Source: a virus (lineage: Duplodnaviria > Caudoviricetes). From it: 32,302 bases of DNA. The notes beneath the pieces were generated by a model, which saw nothing but the letters and a program-made list of their open reading frames with translations, ran no database searches and was not told the DNA's origin. The stretch lies in IMG/VR virus record IMGVR_UViG_3300038673_000431, positions 1-32,302 of that record. One strand, 5' to 3'. The position numbers and the translations under genes are program-made. Positions 16,467 to 27,700 of this stretch are shown one piece after another. Positions within the stretch are counted from its first letter, which is position 1, and every line of letters starts with the position of its first letter.

Positions 16467-19400
16467 TGCAACACATAAATGGATTTACCGGTGGTATGAA
16501 AAGAGGTATAGATTACTCTAAATATCCACAAGACAGTTATCTTTTATTGAGAAATGGAACCATGCTAAAGAATAATAATTATGGTATGGTGATAACTAAT
16601 ATAAATGGAAATAAGAACACAAATTATATGTTAGGTGCTACGGAATATCCGATAGCATCTACTTCGTTTAATGACATTATGTATTTTATGACTTATAATA
16701 CAACTACTCAAAAAATAAGATTGTATTATAAGCTTAATGATGTAATTAGTCCATTACAAAACATGATAGACATTGACCAGTCTGTTGACTTTGAAGTAGA
16801 TTCTTCTATATTTGGTTTTACTTCAAATAAGCTTGTTGAAATGATAGCTAAAGAAAGCTATGATGGTTCTACTGATCTTTATCTTTGTGATGGTCTTAAT
16901 CCAAACATTATCATAAATACAGGAATAGATCGTAATGGTGTTTACACAAATCGGAAATATCCTGCTTCTCCAAACAAAGAATTATTTACCCATCAAAAAT
17001 CAGTAAAATCAATACCAACTGTAACAAAGAATGTAGATGTAAATGGAAATCTAAAACCCGGAGCTTATTATTTTTATATTCGTTATGAAGATGAAAGTTT
17101 AAATCCAACTCCATTTATAAAGGAAGTAGGACCGGTATTCATTCATTCAAATAATAGTGGTGTTCTGAATGATGGACAAATGATAAACAAACGTATTATT
17201 TTAAATATTGACAATGCAGATACTAATTATAAATACATTGGTATTGGTGTTGTTTATTTGTTTGGTAAGAATGGTTTGATTTCGCGTGAGAATTTCATTA
17301 TTGATAAGCCATATACTATTACCGGAGAAACGATAAATATAGTGTTTGATGGTAATAATGTAACCAGAACTCTTGTTCTCGAAGAGCTTTTAAAAGACAA
17401 TATTAAGCAGAACATATCTGAAACGGCTACTCAAATAGATGGTGTTTATTATGGTGCTAATTGGAAAGGAACAAAAGAGAACAATGAATACTTAAAAACT
17501 ATTGCTTCACTTATTATACCTCATGCAGTATTAAAAGACACTTCAAACTTTTATGCTGTATATGATGGCAATAACACAGAAAACGAATATATTGAAGAAG
17601 AGGGTTATCCTTTAGGAGTATCGTTTATGATTGATGGCCGGTACAAAACAGATGTATTTCCTGTACTTGGTTGGAATGAAGGAGCAAGGTCTTATGTATT
17701 CCCAAATCATCATATTACTTATTCTAAACTTAAAACTGATCTTTCCGGTGCAACAACAGAACAAGTATTAGAATACTTTGATAATACATTACGCTACAAA
17801 AACAACAATGGTATCTTTTACTTTCCAAAGAAATCAGCTCTTTCTACGGACACAGACGTTCATTTTAGGCTTATGGGACTTAAAATGGATTATGAGTATG
17901 CAAAACAATATATAAGCGCTTATACGGGAGAAAAACCGAATATTACAGGAATATACATTATGCAAGGTAAACGATTAAAGAATTTCGTTACTCAGGGTTA
18001 TTCGGTAGCATCTGTTGAAGCTGTAGGATTTATGAATGAATTTCATACAACTAATACTGATCAATCATCAACAGCTAAACTTGGTATAGGACAAAATACA
18101 CGACTTGGTAATAATCTGTATAAAGCAGCATTTCCATTATTAGATGGAAGTAATGTACGTTTATTTCCTGTTCTTCGTGTTTTACGTTCTTACAAAAAGA
18201 ATCAGATAATGGGTTCTGATGATACTTATGCTGATCGTGTATGGCGTTTAGAAGCAAATTCTCCAAGTGAACTACCTGTTATGGATAATGAAGAAGAATT
18301 TCTTTATCCGATACCTTATAATAAACATACAGATTCAAATAGAAGATATTTCCAGTTTAAAGCTTCAGCTCAAGATATTTTATACAATAAATCTATTTAT
18401 GACCATTCTATTGAGTTTAGAAATATAAAAACAAATAAATTTTGTATTTATAGTCCAGATATACTTCTTGATCGTTCATTAGTAATTAATTCAGAATTGT
18501 TTATAAAGCCTGTTATCTCTTTGCATGATTTTACAGAAAGAACGACTATTACTTCAGATTACACTGATACTATTAATCATTTGAATTCTTTTACTCAATA
18601 TAATAATGTTAGGTATGATTCTATACCAACATATGGAAATTATATAGATAAAATGAGTAGGGTGTTAAATCCTTTAGTTGAAAACTACATAAAAACTACA
18701 TATTTAGATATAAGACATACTTTAGCATCAATCATAAATGAAAATACTATTTATTCTGATTTCAATGGATTCAGTAGCAGGATGAAAAGCATTATTGAAG
18801 TTTATGGAGATGATTATAAAAGTGGAACAGATAATCAGTCATATACAATAACAAATTTTTTAAATGAATCTCGTGAAAATCTTTTTAAAGCCGGAATATT
18901 ATTGAACAGAACAAAAAAGAATGTTTCTGATAATGATATTACAGTTCCTATTTTTAGAGATAATAATAATGATACTGCTGGAAAAGAATGGTCTTTATAT
19001 CCATTTAGTAATAAGTTTGCAGTACCATTTGATGTTGAAAGAAATGAAAATTCAATTCCTCAAATAGTAACAAACATGTCAATGAAATCAACTCCTTATA
19101 TTGGTGTTGTTACCGATAATAGAGGTGCTTATTTAAAAAACGCATATGTAGGTAGTAGTATTGATTATCGTGGTTTGCATAATCATATTGTAAATATATA
19201 TTTATATCAAAGCTTATATTATTATGTAACAGCAAATGAAAACTCATATAATAGAAATGCTGAGATGTATTCATTTATATTGAATGATACATTTGTAAAT
19301 AATGATTCAGATTCAATATTTAAAGGTGATTTATTCAGTCAAAAAACATTTATGCGTTGTTTAAGATGGACAGATTTACCTGAAAAAATGAATTTCAAAA

Positions 19401-20845
19401 CTGATAGCAGTTATAATTACGATAAGTCTTATGGCTGGAAATATGGTAGAGCTTTTAATCTTTATCTACAATCTACAACGAATACATATCTTCGCGTTCC
19501 TGGACCAGATGATACTTTCTATCCTTATGTGAAGAATGAAAATCTTGGAACAGATCAGGAAACAATGGAAATTTTTACTTGGAAAGGAGAAAAAGAAAAT
19601 ATGCTTCGCGAAAGTTGGACATACAATGATGCTTATCATCAATTGTTAGGATTATTTAAACTTCCTGCATTTGATGAAGTTCTTGCAAAACAAATGTTCA
19701 ATAATACAAATAGAATACGCTTTTCATTAAAGCATATAAGCGGTTCTATCGTTGATTCGTATCGCGAACTATTACTTGATGCTTATCAAGATTATGCGTT
19801 CGAAAATGGAGAGATATTAAAGCTCGTAAAGTACAATAATACGTTATTCTCTATACAGAGTACAGGAATACTTCAACATTATCAATCACAAAAACTTGAA
19901 GCTACCGGTGATACTTCTGAAATACTTCTTGGAGATAAATCATTATTATCTGATAATTACAGACAAATAGGTGAATATGGAACACAACATAAAGAAAGTG
20001 TTTGTGTAGGTGATTATGGTATTTACGGTATTGATTGGAATCGTGAATGTATATGGCGTATAAAACCAAATGCTACACAAACTGGTGGTTTGTATTTTGG
20101 ACTTGAAGAACTTAATGTTCAAAAATCTTTATTTACTATTTTCAAAGAAATAAAAGACAATAATGTAAAAGATTTAAAACAAGATTTATATGGAACTCCA
20201 AAACAGGGTATTACCTCTGTTTATGATGAAAAAAACCATGAGATATTATTTACTATTCATTATGGTTATATGGATGGAGGTGTTGAAACTAATCGTAGTA
20301 CAACAATTGTGTTCAGTGAAATATTTGATACATTTGTTGCTGAATATTCTTTTAATAATAGTATGTTCTTAAAACATGGTAACAAGTTGTTTTCTTTTAT
20401 AAAAGGAAATAGATATATACAGGAACAATATAAAGGAACATCAAAATTACCAATAGAAATAGAATTTATTATAAACTGTGCTACACAAGACAAAGAAAGT
20501 AATGCATCTTCTTTTGAAAAAGAATTTAAAGCACATTTAATAAATATGTGTCCAGAGGAACTTGATTATATTAAGTGGGAAACAGAGTATCAATTTTCAG
20601 AAAAAAATCCTTTTATAAACAACACGAATTTTTGGAGTAACCCTGAATACAGAGAGCATATATGGAGAGTTCCTATAGAACCTAATCAAAATAATAATAA
20701 TGGTCCAATATCAACAGATGATTTCAAATCTTTCGAACAGGATAGTCAGATGAAAGGACAATGGATTAAGGTATCTATGAAGTATTCAGGAGACAATGAA
20801 TTTGTTTTAAGAGATGTAGTTACAAATTTTATAATATCATTTTAA
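16466..20845 (+). CDS. Tail muzzle/stabilisation protein (P22 gp10-like, crAss type)
   Basis: 1459 aa; N-terminal NGFTGGMKRGIDYSKYPQDSY, GNLKPGAYYFYIRY, FKGDLF, NRIRFS, YGTQHKES, YDEKNHEILFT and C-terminal MKGQWIKVSM. Confidence 0.8.
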   Translation: MQHINGFTGGMKRGIDYSKYPQDSYLLLRNGTMLKNNNYGMVITNINGNKNTNYMLGATEYPIASTSFNDIMYFMTYNTTTQKIRLYYKLNDVISPLQNMIDIDQSVDFEVDSSIFGFTSNKLVEMIAKESYDGSTDLYLCDGLNPNIIINTGIDRNGVYTNRKYPASPNKELFTHQKSVKSIPTVTKNVDVNGNLKPGAYYFYIRYEDESLNPTPFIKEVGPVFIHSNNSGVLNDGQMINKRIILNIDNADTNYKYIGIGVVYLFGKNGLISRENFIIDKPYTITGETINIVFDGNNVTRTLVLEELLKDNIKQNISETATQIDGVYYGANWKGTKENNEYLKTIASLIIPHAVLKDTSNFYAVYDGNNTENEYIEEEGYPLGVSFMIDGRYKTDVFPVLGWNEGARSYVFPNHHITYSKLKTDLSGATTEQVLEYFDNTLRYKNNNGIFYFPKKSALSTDTDVHFRLMGLKMDYEYAKQYISAYTGEKPNITGIYIMQGKRLKNFVTQGYSVASVEAVGFMNEFHTTNTDQSSTAKLGIGQNTRLGNNLYKAAFPLLDGSNVRLFPVLRVLRSYKKNQIMGSDDTYADRVWRLEANSPSELPVMDNEEEFLYPIPYNKHTDSNRRYFQFKASAQDILYNKSIYDHSIEFRNIKTNKFCIYSPDILLDRSLVINSELFIKPVISLHDFTERTTITSDYTDTINHLNSFTQYNNVRYDSIPTYGNYIDKMSRVLNPLVENYIKTTYLDIRHTLASIINENTIYSDFNGFSSRMKSIIEVYGDDYKSGTDNQSYTITNFLNESRENLFKAGILLNRTKKNVSDNDITVPIFRDNNNDTAGKEWSLYPFSNKFAVPFDVERNENSIPQIVTNMSMKSTPYIGVVTDNRGAYLKNAYVGSSIDYRGLHNHIVNIYLYQSLYYYVTANENSYNRNAEMYSFILNDTFVNNDSDSIFKGDLFSQKTFMRCLRWTDLPEKMNFKTDSSYNYDKSYGWKYGRAFNLYLQSTTNTYLRVPGPDDTFYPYVKNENLGTDQETMEIFTWKGEKENMLRESWTYNDAYHQLLGLFKLPAFDEVLAKQMFNNTNRIRFSLKHISGSIVDSYRELLLDAYQDYAFENGEILKLVKYNNTLFSIQSTGILQHYQSQKLEATGDTSEILLGDKSLLSDNYRQIGEYGTQHKESVCVGDYGIYGIDWNRECIWRIKPNATQTGGLYFGLEELNVQKSLFTIFKEIKDNNVKDLKQDLYGTPKQGITSVYDEKNHEILFTIHYGYMDGGVETNRSTTIVFSEIFDTFVAEYSFNNSMFLKHGNKLFSFIKGNRYIQEQYKGTSKLPIEIEFIINCATQDKESNASSFEKEFKAHLINMCPEELDYIKWETEYQFSEKNPFINNTNFWSNPEYREHIWRVPIEPNQNNNNGPISTDDFKSFEQDSQMKGQWIKVSMKYSGDNEFVLRDVVTNFIISF

Positions 20846-20846
20846 T

Positions 20847-21254
20847 ATGGCAATTTATTCACCACCAAAAGAAAGCAACTTAGGTTCAATAATGAGTACT
20901 TCCGGAAACGCAGCAATGGCAGTCGGCGGAACTCTTGTTGCAACAGGAATAGGAACGATACCCGGACTTGTAATTGCAGGTGTAGGAGCTTTAGGTTCTA
21001 TAGCAGGAAATATAATAGATAGTTCTTCGAAAGTAAAGAGGAGTAATTATGAAGAACAATATAAAGCATTAGTTGAAGGAGAAAATAATCTTAATACAAG
21101 TATTTATAATAACTCTTTAAACAAAGATGCTTATAATAAAGCTGGTATTAATAGTAGTATAAAAAACATTAATCAAATGTTAGAGCCAATGTCGGCTAAG
21201 TCAAAGGTTGCTGGAAATGCAGGAACATCAATTATAGACAATCGTTTAGTATAA
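20847..21254 (+). CDS. Putative ejected cargo/pilot protein with glycine-zipper hydrophobic segment
   Basis: 135 aa; AAMAVGGTLVATGIGTIPGLVIAGVGALGSIAG; lies directly after the muzzle, where podophage ejection proteins are encoded. Confidence 0.6.
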   Translation: MAIYSPPKESNLGSIMSTSGNAAMAVGGTLVATGIGTIPGLVIAGVGALGSIAGNIIDSSSKVKRSNYEEQYKALVEGENNLNTSIYNNSLNKDAYNKAGINSSIKNINQMLEPMSAKSKVAGNAGTSIIDNRLV

Positions 21255-21259
21255 ATATT

Positions 21260-22531
21260 ATGGCAATTATAAATAAAGTACCATTTGCAAATATGCCTGG
21301 TTATCCAAAGTTTAATACACAAAGTCCTACATGGCAAGGTGTAGCAAAAAAAGCAGCAGAAAATGATTATTGGAATACTGATCCTGATGTATTGAAGTTT
21401 AGAGAATTATACAGAAACAAATATGGAGAAGAACCATCAAGAGATCCTAAAGTTGCAAAATATGATTACGATGCAGCTTATAAGTCAGGAGTAAGACCTG
21501 TATTAAATAATGAAGATGGATTGTATCATTGGGATAGTAAATTCAAATCTGATGATCATCCTAATAGATATGTAGATGGCATAGACACCAAAACAGGTGT
21601 TCCTTTAAAATCTGTATCTTTAGAGAAAGAACAACCAAGTAGTATTTTTGAAAATAGTTTACAAAAATTTGAAAACAATTTATTAAGTACTATTGCTTCT
21701 CCGGTGAAAAAAAATACACCAGAAGAAAGAAACGCTATTTTAAATCAGGAAGGACAATTTGAAGATGTTACTGAATTTAAACCTAATTTCAATAAAACAG
21801 AAGTTGATGCTTTAAAAGAAAGTGTTGACAATAAATTGAATATTGGAAAACCAAGCACTTTACAGACCACAAATATTATAAGTGGTATCAATACAGCAGC
21901 CAACGTAATTAATAACATTGTAGGGGCTGTAACAGCTTCTAAAATGAAACCTACACTCATTGGTTATCGTGCACCAGTAGAAGTAAAGACTATCAGTGAT
22001 AATACAGAACAAGTAAAAGCCGGAGCGCAAGAACAGATTGATAGAGAAATAGCAGGAGTTAGAGATGTAAATCGTCGTTATGGTAAGAGTGTTACTGGAG
22101 AGTTGTTATCAAAGTCATTAGCTGCGGAAAATGATCTTTCTTCTAAGCTTGCACAAACACGTTTAGGTATTGAAGCACAGAATGCTCAAATGGAAAATCA
22201 GATGAGTCAATATAACGACCAAGCAGAAAGAAACAGAGATGCTTCAAATGCTCAAATACAGACTCAATTTGACATTCAAAAGTCTGGAATAATATCTAAT
22301 GCCATGCAAGGTATTTCAGGTGCTCTAACCGGAGGTATGCAATCAATAATTGATAATACCATGTATGGAAAGTCAATGGAATATGCTACATATAAAAATG
22401 AACTAAATTCTATTGATGAAGAAATGAAAGCATCAACAAGTGATATTCTTAAATATAATGAATTAAAAGTTCGTAGAGAAAAGCTTCAGGAGAAATTCAA
22501 TGATTTTATAAGTAAAACATATAAAGTTTAA
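21260..22531 (+). CDS. Putative ejected cargo protein
   Basis: 423 aa; Q/N/A-rich coiled coil (EAQNAQMENQMSQYNDQ, NAQIQTQF) and Gly/Ala amphipathic helices, with a small globular module at the N-terminus. Confidence 0.6.
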   Translation: MAIINKVPFANMPGYPKFNTQSPTWQGVAKKAAENDYWNTDPDVLKFRELYRNKYGEEPSRDPKVAKYDYDAAYKSGVRPVLNNEDGLYHWDSKFKSDDHPNRYVDGIDTKTGVPLKSVSLEKEQPSSIFENSLQKFENNLLSTIASPVKKNTPEERNAILNQEGQFEDVTEFKPNFNKTEVDALKESVDNKLNIGKPSTLQTTNIISGINTAANVINNIVGAVTASKMKPTLIGYRAPVEVKTISDNTEQVKAGAQEQIDREIAGVRDVNRRYGKSVTGELLSKSLAAENDLSSKLAQTRLGIEAQNAQMENQMSQYNDQAERNRDASNAQIQTQFDIQKSGIISNAMQGISGALTGGMQSIIDNTMYGKSMEYATYKNELNSIDEEMKASTSDILKYNELKVRREKLQEKFNDFISKTYKV

Positions 22532-22535
22532 TAAT

Positions 22536-24785
22536 ATGCCTATATGGAACAATAATGTAGCTGGAGCACCTAATAGTGTAGGCTATGGATATGCAATAAA
22601 TCCCGGGATAACTGTCAAACCAATTGATATGCGGCAGTTTATTGATACACCAAGTAGTGGTGGTTCAGGTTCACGTTCTTCAAAAAGTGGTTCATCTGAT
22701 TTAGATTTTTCAAATATGCGTGCTGGTGTTTCTAAATCATACTATAATAATTCTAATATTATTGAATCTGAAATTAATTCACTTACAAGTAAAGCAAGTG
22801 ATGCAATGTATAAGGCTATAAAAAGTGGTAATGAAACTGATCTGAAAAATATTCAAACGTTATATAATACAAAGCTTAATGAATTATATTCTATGCGTTT
22901 GATGAATGAAGCTGCAAAACAAAATGAGATATTACATTTTCAAGCTAATAAAGATGCATATAGTAAATTTCAAGAAGATAATAATCTTAATGAATATGCT
23001 ATTACATCAGATAGTTCTGATTTGAGTAATCCTTATGATTTTTTCCACAATAACCCTTTCATTCTTAAACGTGATAATAAAAATGTAAAAATACTTACTA
23101 ATCAAGAAGTACTTACAGACGACAATTTATCATCATATATTGATGAAAAAATGAATCCAACACAAGCTGTTATTCCTCATAGAATAAGTACAAGTACTAC
23201 TGTTCAAAAAAACATACAAGAACAACTTGATAATGCCGGAAGTATAGAATACTTATCAGGAAATCCAAGAGTTATTTATGATAATATTGTTCTTAGTACA
23301 ACAACTAATGCAAACAATCTTAATGAAAAAGTAAAAAATATATGGCTTTCATTATCTCCGGAAGATAGACAGTATATTACAAGTCGTACTTTAAAAGAAG
23401 GAATACCTACTAAAAAAGGTGTTGTAAGTGGTAATGTTTATATGAATGATATATTCAATGAACAAATCAAGTACAATGATGCTCTTGAAAAATACGAAAA
23501 AGCTCTTAGTGAAAATAAAGCTGATGAAGCTGAGAAATATAAAAAAGAAGCTGAAAAAGCAAAAGCACAAGGTGAATTTCTGTCAGAACATTTATACAAT
23601 AGTGCTATGGCTAATGCTATTTTCATTGCTCAGGGTAAATCAATAGGTATGGTAAATAAGACCTATAAAACACAAAAATTGAGCGAAAATGATATTTTAC
23701 GTGGTGGTGATGGTTTGCAAGAAACAAAATACAGTAGTATGCTTCAAATGTTATATGCTTCTGCTGAAATGTATGATGGTATTATGTATTTTGGACATGA
23801 AGGAACCGATATACCACAACTTACATATCTTAGAGATCAACAAGGCCGGCCACGAGCAAAAACATTTAATGTAACTAAAGATTATAAGGATATATTTGCC
23901 GAACAAGGTGGATTTGGTACTAAATATTCACATGAGATTAAAGATAAAAACTTAACTTTAAGAGATCTTGGTCAATACTTTATTGCTAATGGTATTTATA
24001 TCAATAAAGATATGATTACTAATAATGACGAAGTTAAAGCTGTTGATATTGCTTCAACAGGTTTCCAATTACCAGCATTTTATAATCCAACAAATAATCA
24101 GCTTTATTCTACAGATATTAAACGATACAATGGTCAGGTAATATCTAAAAATTATATGGGTGTTGTATTTGAAGCAAAAGGTAATACAAAATTACCAATG
24201 ATTGCAGCAGATGGTAAAACCATTGTTCAAAGAGAACTTGCAGATATTTGGGAAATACAATCTAAGGATCCGACTTCTAAATACAAAACAGGTTATCAAG
24301 TAGAAAAATATGGTAAAAAATATCGTTTTGTTCTTTTACAAGAAGCTCCTTCTCCATATTACGGAAGCATGGGAATGATAAATGATGGTACAGAAGAAGT
24401 ACAAGCTCTTGCTCAAGATGCAGATGAAGGAATGATACAATCATTTAGAAGAATAAAAAAGATTCAACAAAGTAGATACAAAACACTTCAAGGACCTGAT
24501 GATACCATAAAGCCAGGAATATTTATAGATGGTAAATTAATGGAAGGAACTCCAGCTGATGTTTATCAGAATTTAAAGAAACAAATGAATAATCCTTCTT
24601 ATGGTCTAAAGACACCACAACAACGTAAAATGTGGATATACAATCAAGCTGATAGAGCTGCAAGAGGTATTCAAGCTGTTGATCCGGATAGAGCTAATGA
24701 ATACAGACAAGGTATCATTAATGCTTATGAAGAAGAAGAAAGAAAAAGAATAAATCAAACAGAGAATTGGTTAAAACAGAAATAA
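22536..24785 (+). CDS. Putative internal virion/cargo protein
   Basis: 749 aa; Ser/Gly linker near the N-terminus and helical regions; lies between the pilot-like genes and the giant ORF. Confidence 0.55.
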   Translation: MPIWNNNVAGAPNSVGYGYAINPGITVKPIDMRQFIDTPSSGGSGSRSSKSGSSDLDFSNMRAGVSKSYYNNSNIIESEINSLTSKASDAMYKAIKSGNETDLKNIQTLYNTKLNELYSMRLMNEAAKQNEILHFQANKDAYSKFQEDNNLNEYAITSDSSDLSNPYDFFHNNPFILKRDNKNVKILTNQEVLTDDNLSSYIDEKMNPTQAVIPHRISTSTTVQKNIQEQLDNAGSIEYLSGNPRVIYDNIVLSTTTNANNLNEKVKNIWLSLSPEDRQYITSRTLKEGIPTKKGVVSGNVYMNDIFNEQIKYNDALEKYEKALSENKADEAEKYKKEAEKAKAQGEFLSEHLYNSAMANAIFIAQGKSIGMVNKTYKTQKLSENDILRGGDGLQETKYSSMLQMLYASAEMYDGIMYFGHEGTDIPQLTYLRDQQGRPRAKTFNVTKDYKDIFAEQGGFGTKYSHEIKDKNLTLRDLGQYFIANGIYINKDMITNNDEVKAVDIASTGFQLPAFYNPTNNQLYSTDIKRYNGQVISKNYMGVVFEAKGNTKLPMIAADGKTIVQRELADIWEIQSKDPTSKYKTGYQVEKYGKKYRFVLLQEAPSPYYGSMGMINDGTEEVQALAQDADEGMIQSFRRIKKIQQSRYKTLQGPDDTIKPGIFIDGKLMEGTPADVYQNLKKQMNNPSYGLKTPQQRKMWIYNQADRAARGIQAVDPDRANEYRQGIINAYEEEERKRINQTENWLKQK

Positions 24786-24791
24786 AACATT

Positions 24792-27700
24792 ATGAGTACA
24801 GAAATTAAAAGCACAGAAGCATTTACTACTCCAGATGGTAAAACAGCTATTAAATATGATGTTGTAAACGAAAGTCTTTTAAACAATAAGCCTTTAGAGG
24901 ATGTGTTTGAAGAAATGCGTTATAATGACGAGGTTGTAATTAATACACCTGAATACTATAAACAACAGTTTGGTGTTAAAGCTAACCCAAGCAATCCAAA
25001 TGCTTTAGAAGATAAACAGATTGATATGTTTGTTTCTAAAGCTAAAGTTCTTAAAGAACAATTTGGTAAAATGAAAGAGTATGGTACTACTCCGGGGGAA
25101 GTAAGTGTACAAAGAGATTTCTTAAAAAGGAAAGCAAAATACAAAAGTATTGTACTCAATCCTTATATGGGTGAGATTGGTTCTGATAAAGCATATAAAG
25201 GATTTTTAAATCCTGAAACAGGAACTTATGCTACTATTGGTACAGAAGAAGAAATTGCAGAAGCAAGTGACTTTATGTATGAAGCAGAAATGAAGATTGA
25301 TGAAAATGGTATGCCACGTTCTGTTATTACAAGAGTACCTAAGCCTTCAACGCAAGCTGAATTTCATAAAAAGTATGGAGATGGTAAACGAGTAGTTACA
25401 ACTATTCGTGAAGAGAATACAGACCAACCTGTATTTGTTGCTATGCCGGCAGATAGTTTTGTTGCTGATGGTAATATTTATAGTACTAAATATGGTGCAC
25501 AAAAACTTTTTAGTGATAGTTTTCTTGGTGAATCATGGAAAGGTTTCTATAATGGTTTATGGAGTAAAACTATGCGTTCTGGTAGTGAGGTAAGAGGTTT
25601 ATTGAATGATGCATTAAGATATGATAAATCACACATTTTCACAAAAGGTCCTGAAATAGTAAATAATTATGCTAATCAGGTTCTTGATATACTTTCTCAG
25701 GAGGGAAATTATAAAGGTGTTGAAATGCTAAAAAAAGCAATTGAAGAAGATGATTACATTGCTATGAGTGATGCTTTTGATTATGCTTATGCTAATATAG
25801 ATCCTGTTGTATCAAATAGACTAAAACGTATTGCACAGCCTTTAGATTGGGGAAAAGTAAATCAAGAAGTTGTACGTTCATTTAATGATTGGACATCTGC
25901 ATCTATGGATCAGAGTGAACAAACAAGAAATGGAAGAACTGCAAGTGCTGTATTAGCCGGTTATAGTGAAATGGTTGGTATGCTTGCTCCACAAATTGCT
26001 ATTGCTATGGCTACTGGTGGTGCTACAACAGGAATAAATATGGCTGTAGCAGGTGCTCGTGGTGCAGCTACAAAACTTGCTCTTAATAATGCTATAAGAT
26101 TTGGTGCTAAGACACTAACATATACGCTTGGTACTTCACAAGCTGTAGGTTCTGATATGTATCGTTCTCTTATTGAATCAGGATTAGAACAAGGTGAAGT
26201 TGGCCGTACTATGATATGGTCTTTACCTGTAATGTATGCAACTGAAAGGCTAACTGGTGGTTGGATGTTTAAATCAATGGATGATCCTACACGTAGAACA
26301 ATAATTGACCAAGTATGGAAACCAGGAATTGAAGCTATTCAAAAAGCTGTATCAAAAGGTGCACCGGATGCTGTAAAACAAAAAGCAGTAGCACAAATGT
26401 TTACTAATCTTATTAAGAATAAGTCTTTTCAAAAATGGCTTGATAAAGGTTCTTTTGGTGCTGATTTAGTAAGAGCTAATATTAGTGAAGGTATTCAGGA
26501 AAACATGGAAGATCAAATTTATAATGGTCTTGAGTACTATTTAAATGAAAATGCACCTGTATGGGCTGAAGTAGGTAAAGGAAAATCTGATGTAGATAGT
26601 TTCTTTATAGGATTTGATCAATTAGCAAATACTACTGGCGGGACTATTTTTGCCACTACTCTTATGCAGACATTACTTTCTGGTATTCCAAGAGGTATTC
26701 GAAAAATGAGAGGATTACCCGATACTAATAAAGATACTGAAAGGGATCAGTGGTTGATGCATAAAGTGCTTACTAATGAAGCTAATCAGGTTGCTACTGA
26801 AATGTTTGAAGGATGGCAGCGTGGAGAATGGCATGGAGAAAAAGGGACACCACCTGTATTATTGACAGAAGGTTTTCTTAGTCCTGAAGAAGCAGCAACA
26901 ATGATGGTACCAAAAAGTAAGTATTTGCAGGAGTTTGGTTTTGAAGAGGGTAAACAAATTGAAACTGTTGGTGAGGCGAGATTTATAGAAGCTATTACCA
27001 CACTTGAAGCTTTTGAAGATTTAAGTAATAAAATGGGATTGAATGAAGTAAGTAAAGAAGCACTACTTCAATCCGGTTTTAAAGGAAAACTTCTACTACA
27101 AAAATCATTTGAAGCATATAAGAATCTTGTTGAATATGATAAAACAGCTATAACAGACTTTGAACAAGCGAACTCATTAAGTTTAAATACAGTACTTGAT
27201 AAGGTAAAGCAGAATGAAGTATATGCACAGCAAGGACTTGGAGAAAACATTGTAGCGCTTACTGAAAAAGAAAATGAGTTACTTACTATATCTAAAGATT
27301 ATATTGCCGCAAAACGCAACTATGATTATCATACAGAGATAGAAAAAGGCACTTCTCATACAGCAGCCATTAATGACATGATGAAAGAGTTTACTACTAT
27401 AGTAACTCAAGTAAATGCAGAGATGGATAAAATTATGGGTAATGCTAATGGACACGTTATACCTGATGATGTAAAAGCAAGACCAGACTTTAAAGCTAAA
27501 TACTTTGAAGCATGGAATAATATTGTAAAGGAAAAATTTTCATATCCTGATTATAAAGGAGTAGTAAATAGACTTGAAGGACTTAAACAAAAAGCTGATG
27601 CCAGACGTGCCAAAGTAATTTCTGATATTGAAAATAAGACTGTGTTTAATGACATGATGAGTATTTCAGAACGTTTCAGTAAACAATTTGAAGGACTTAA

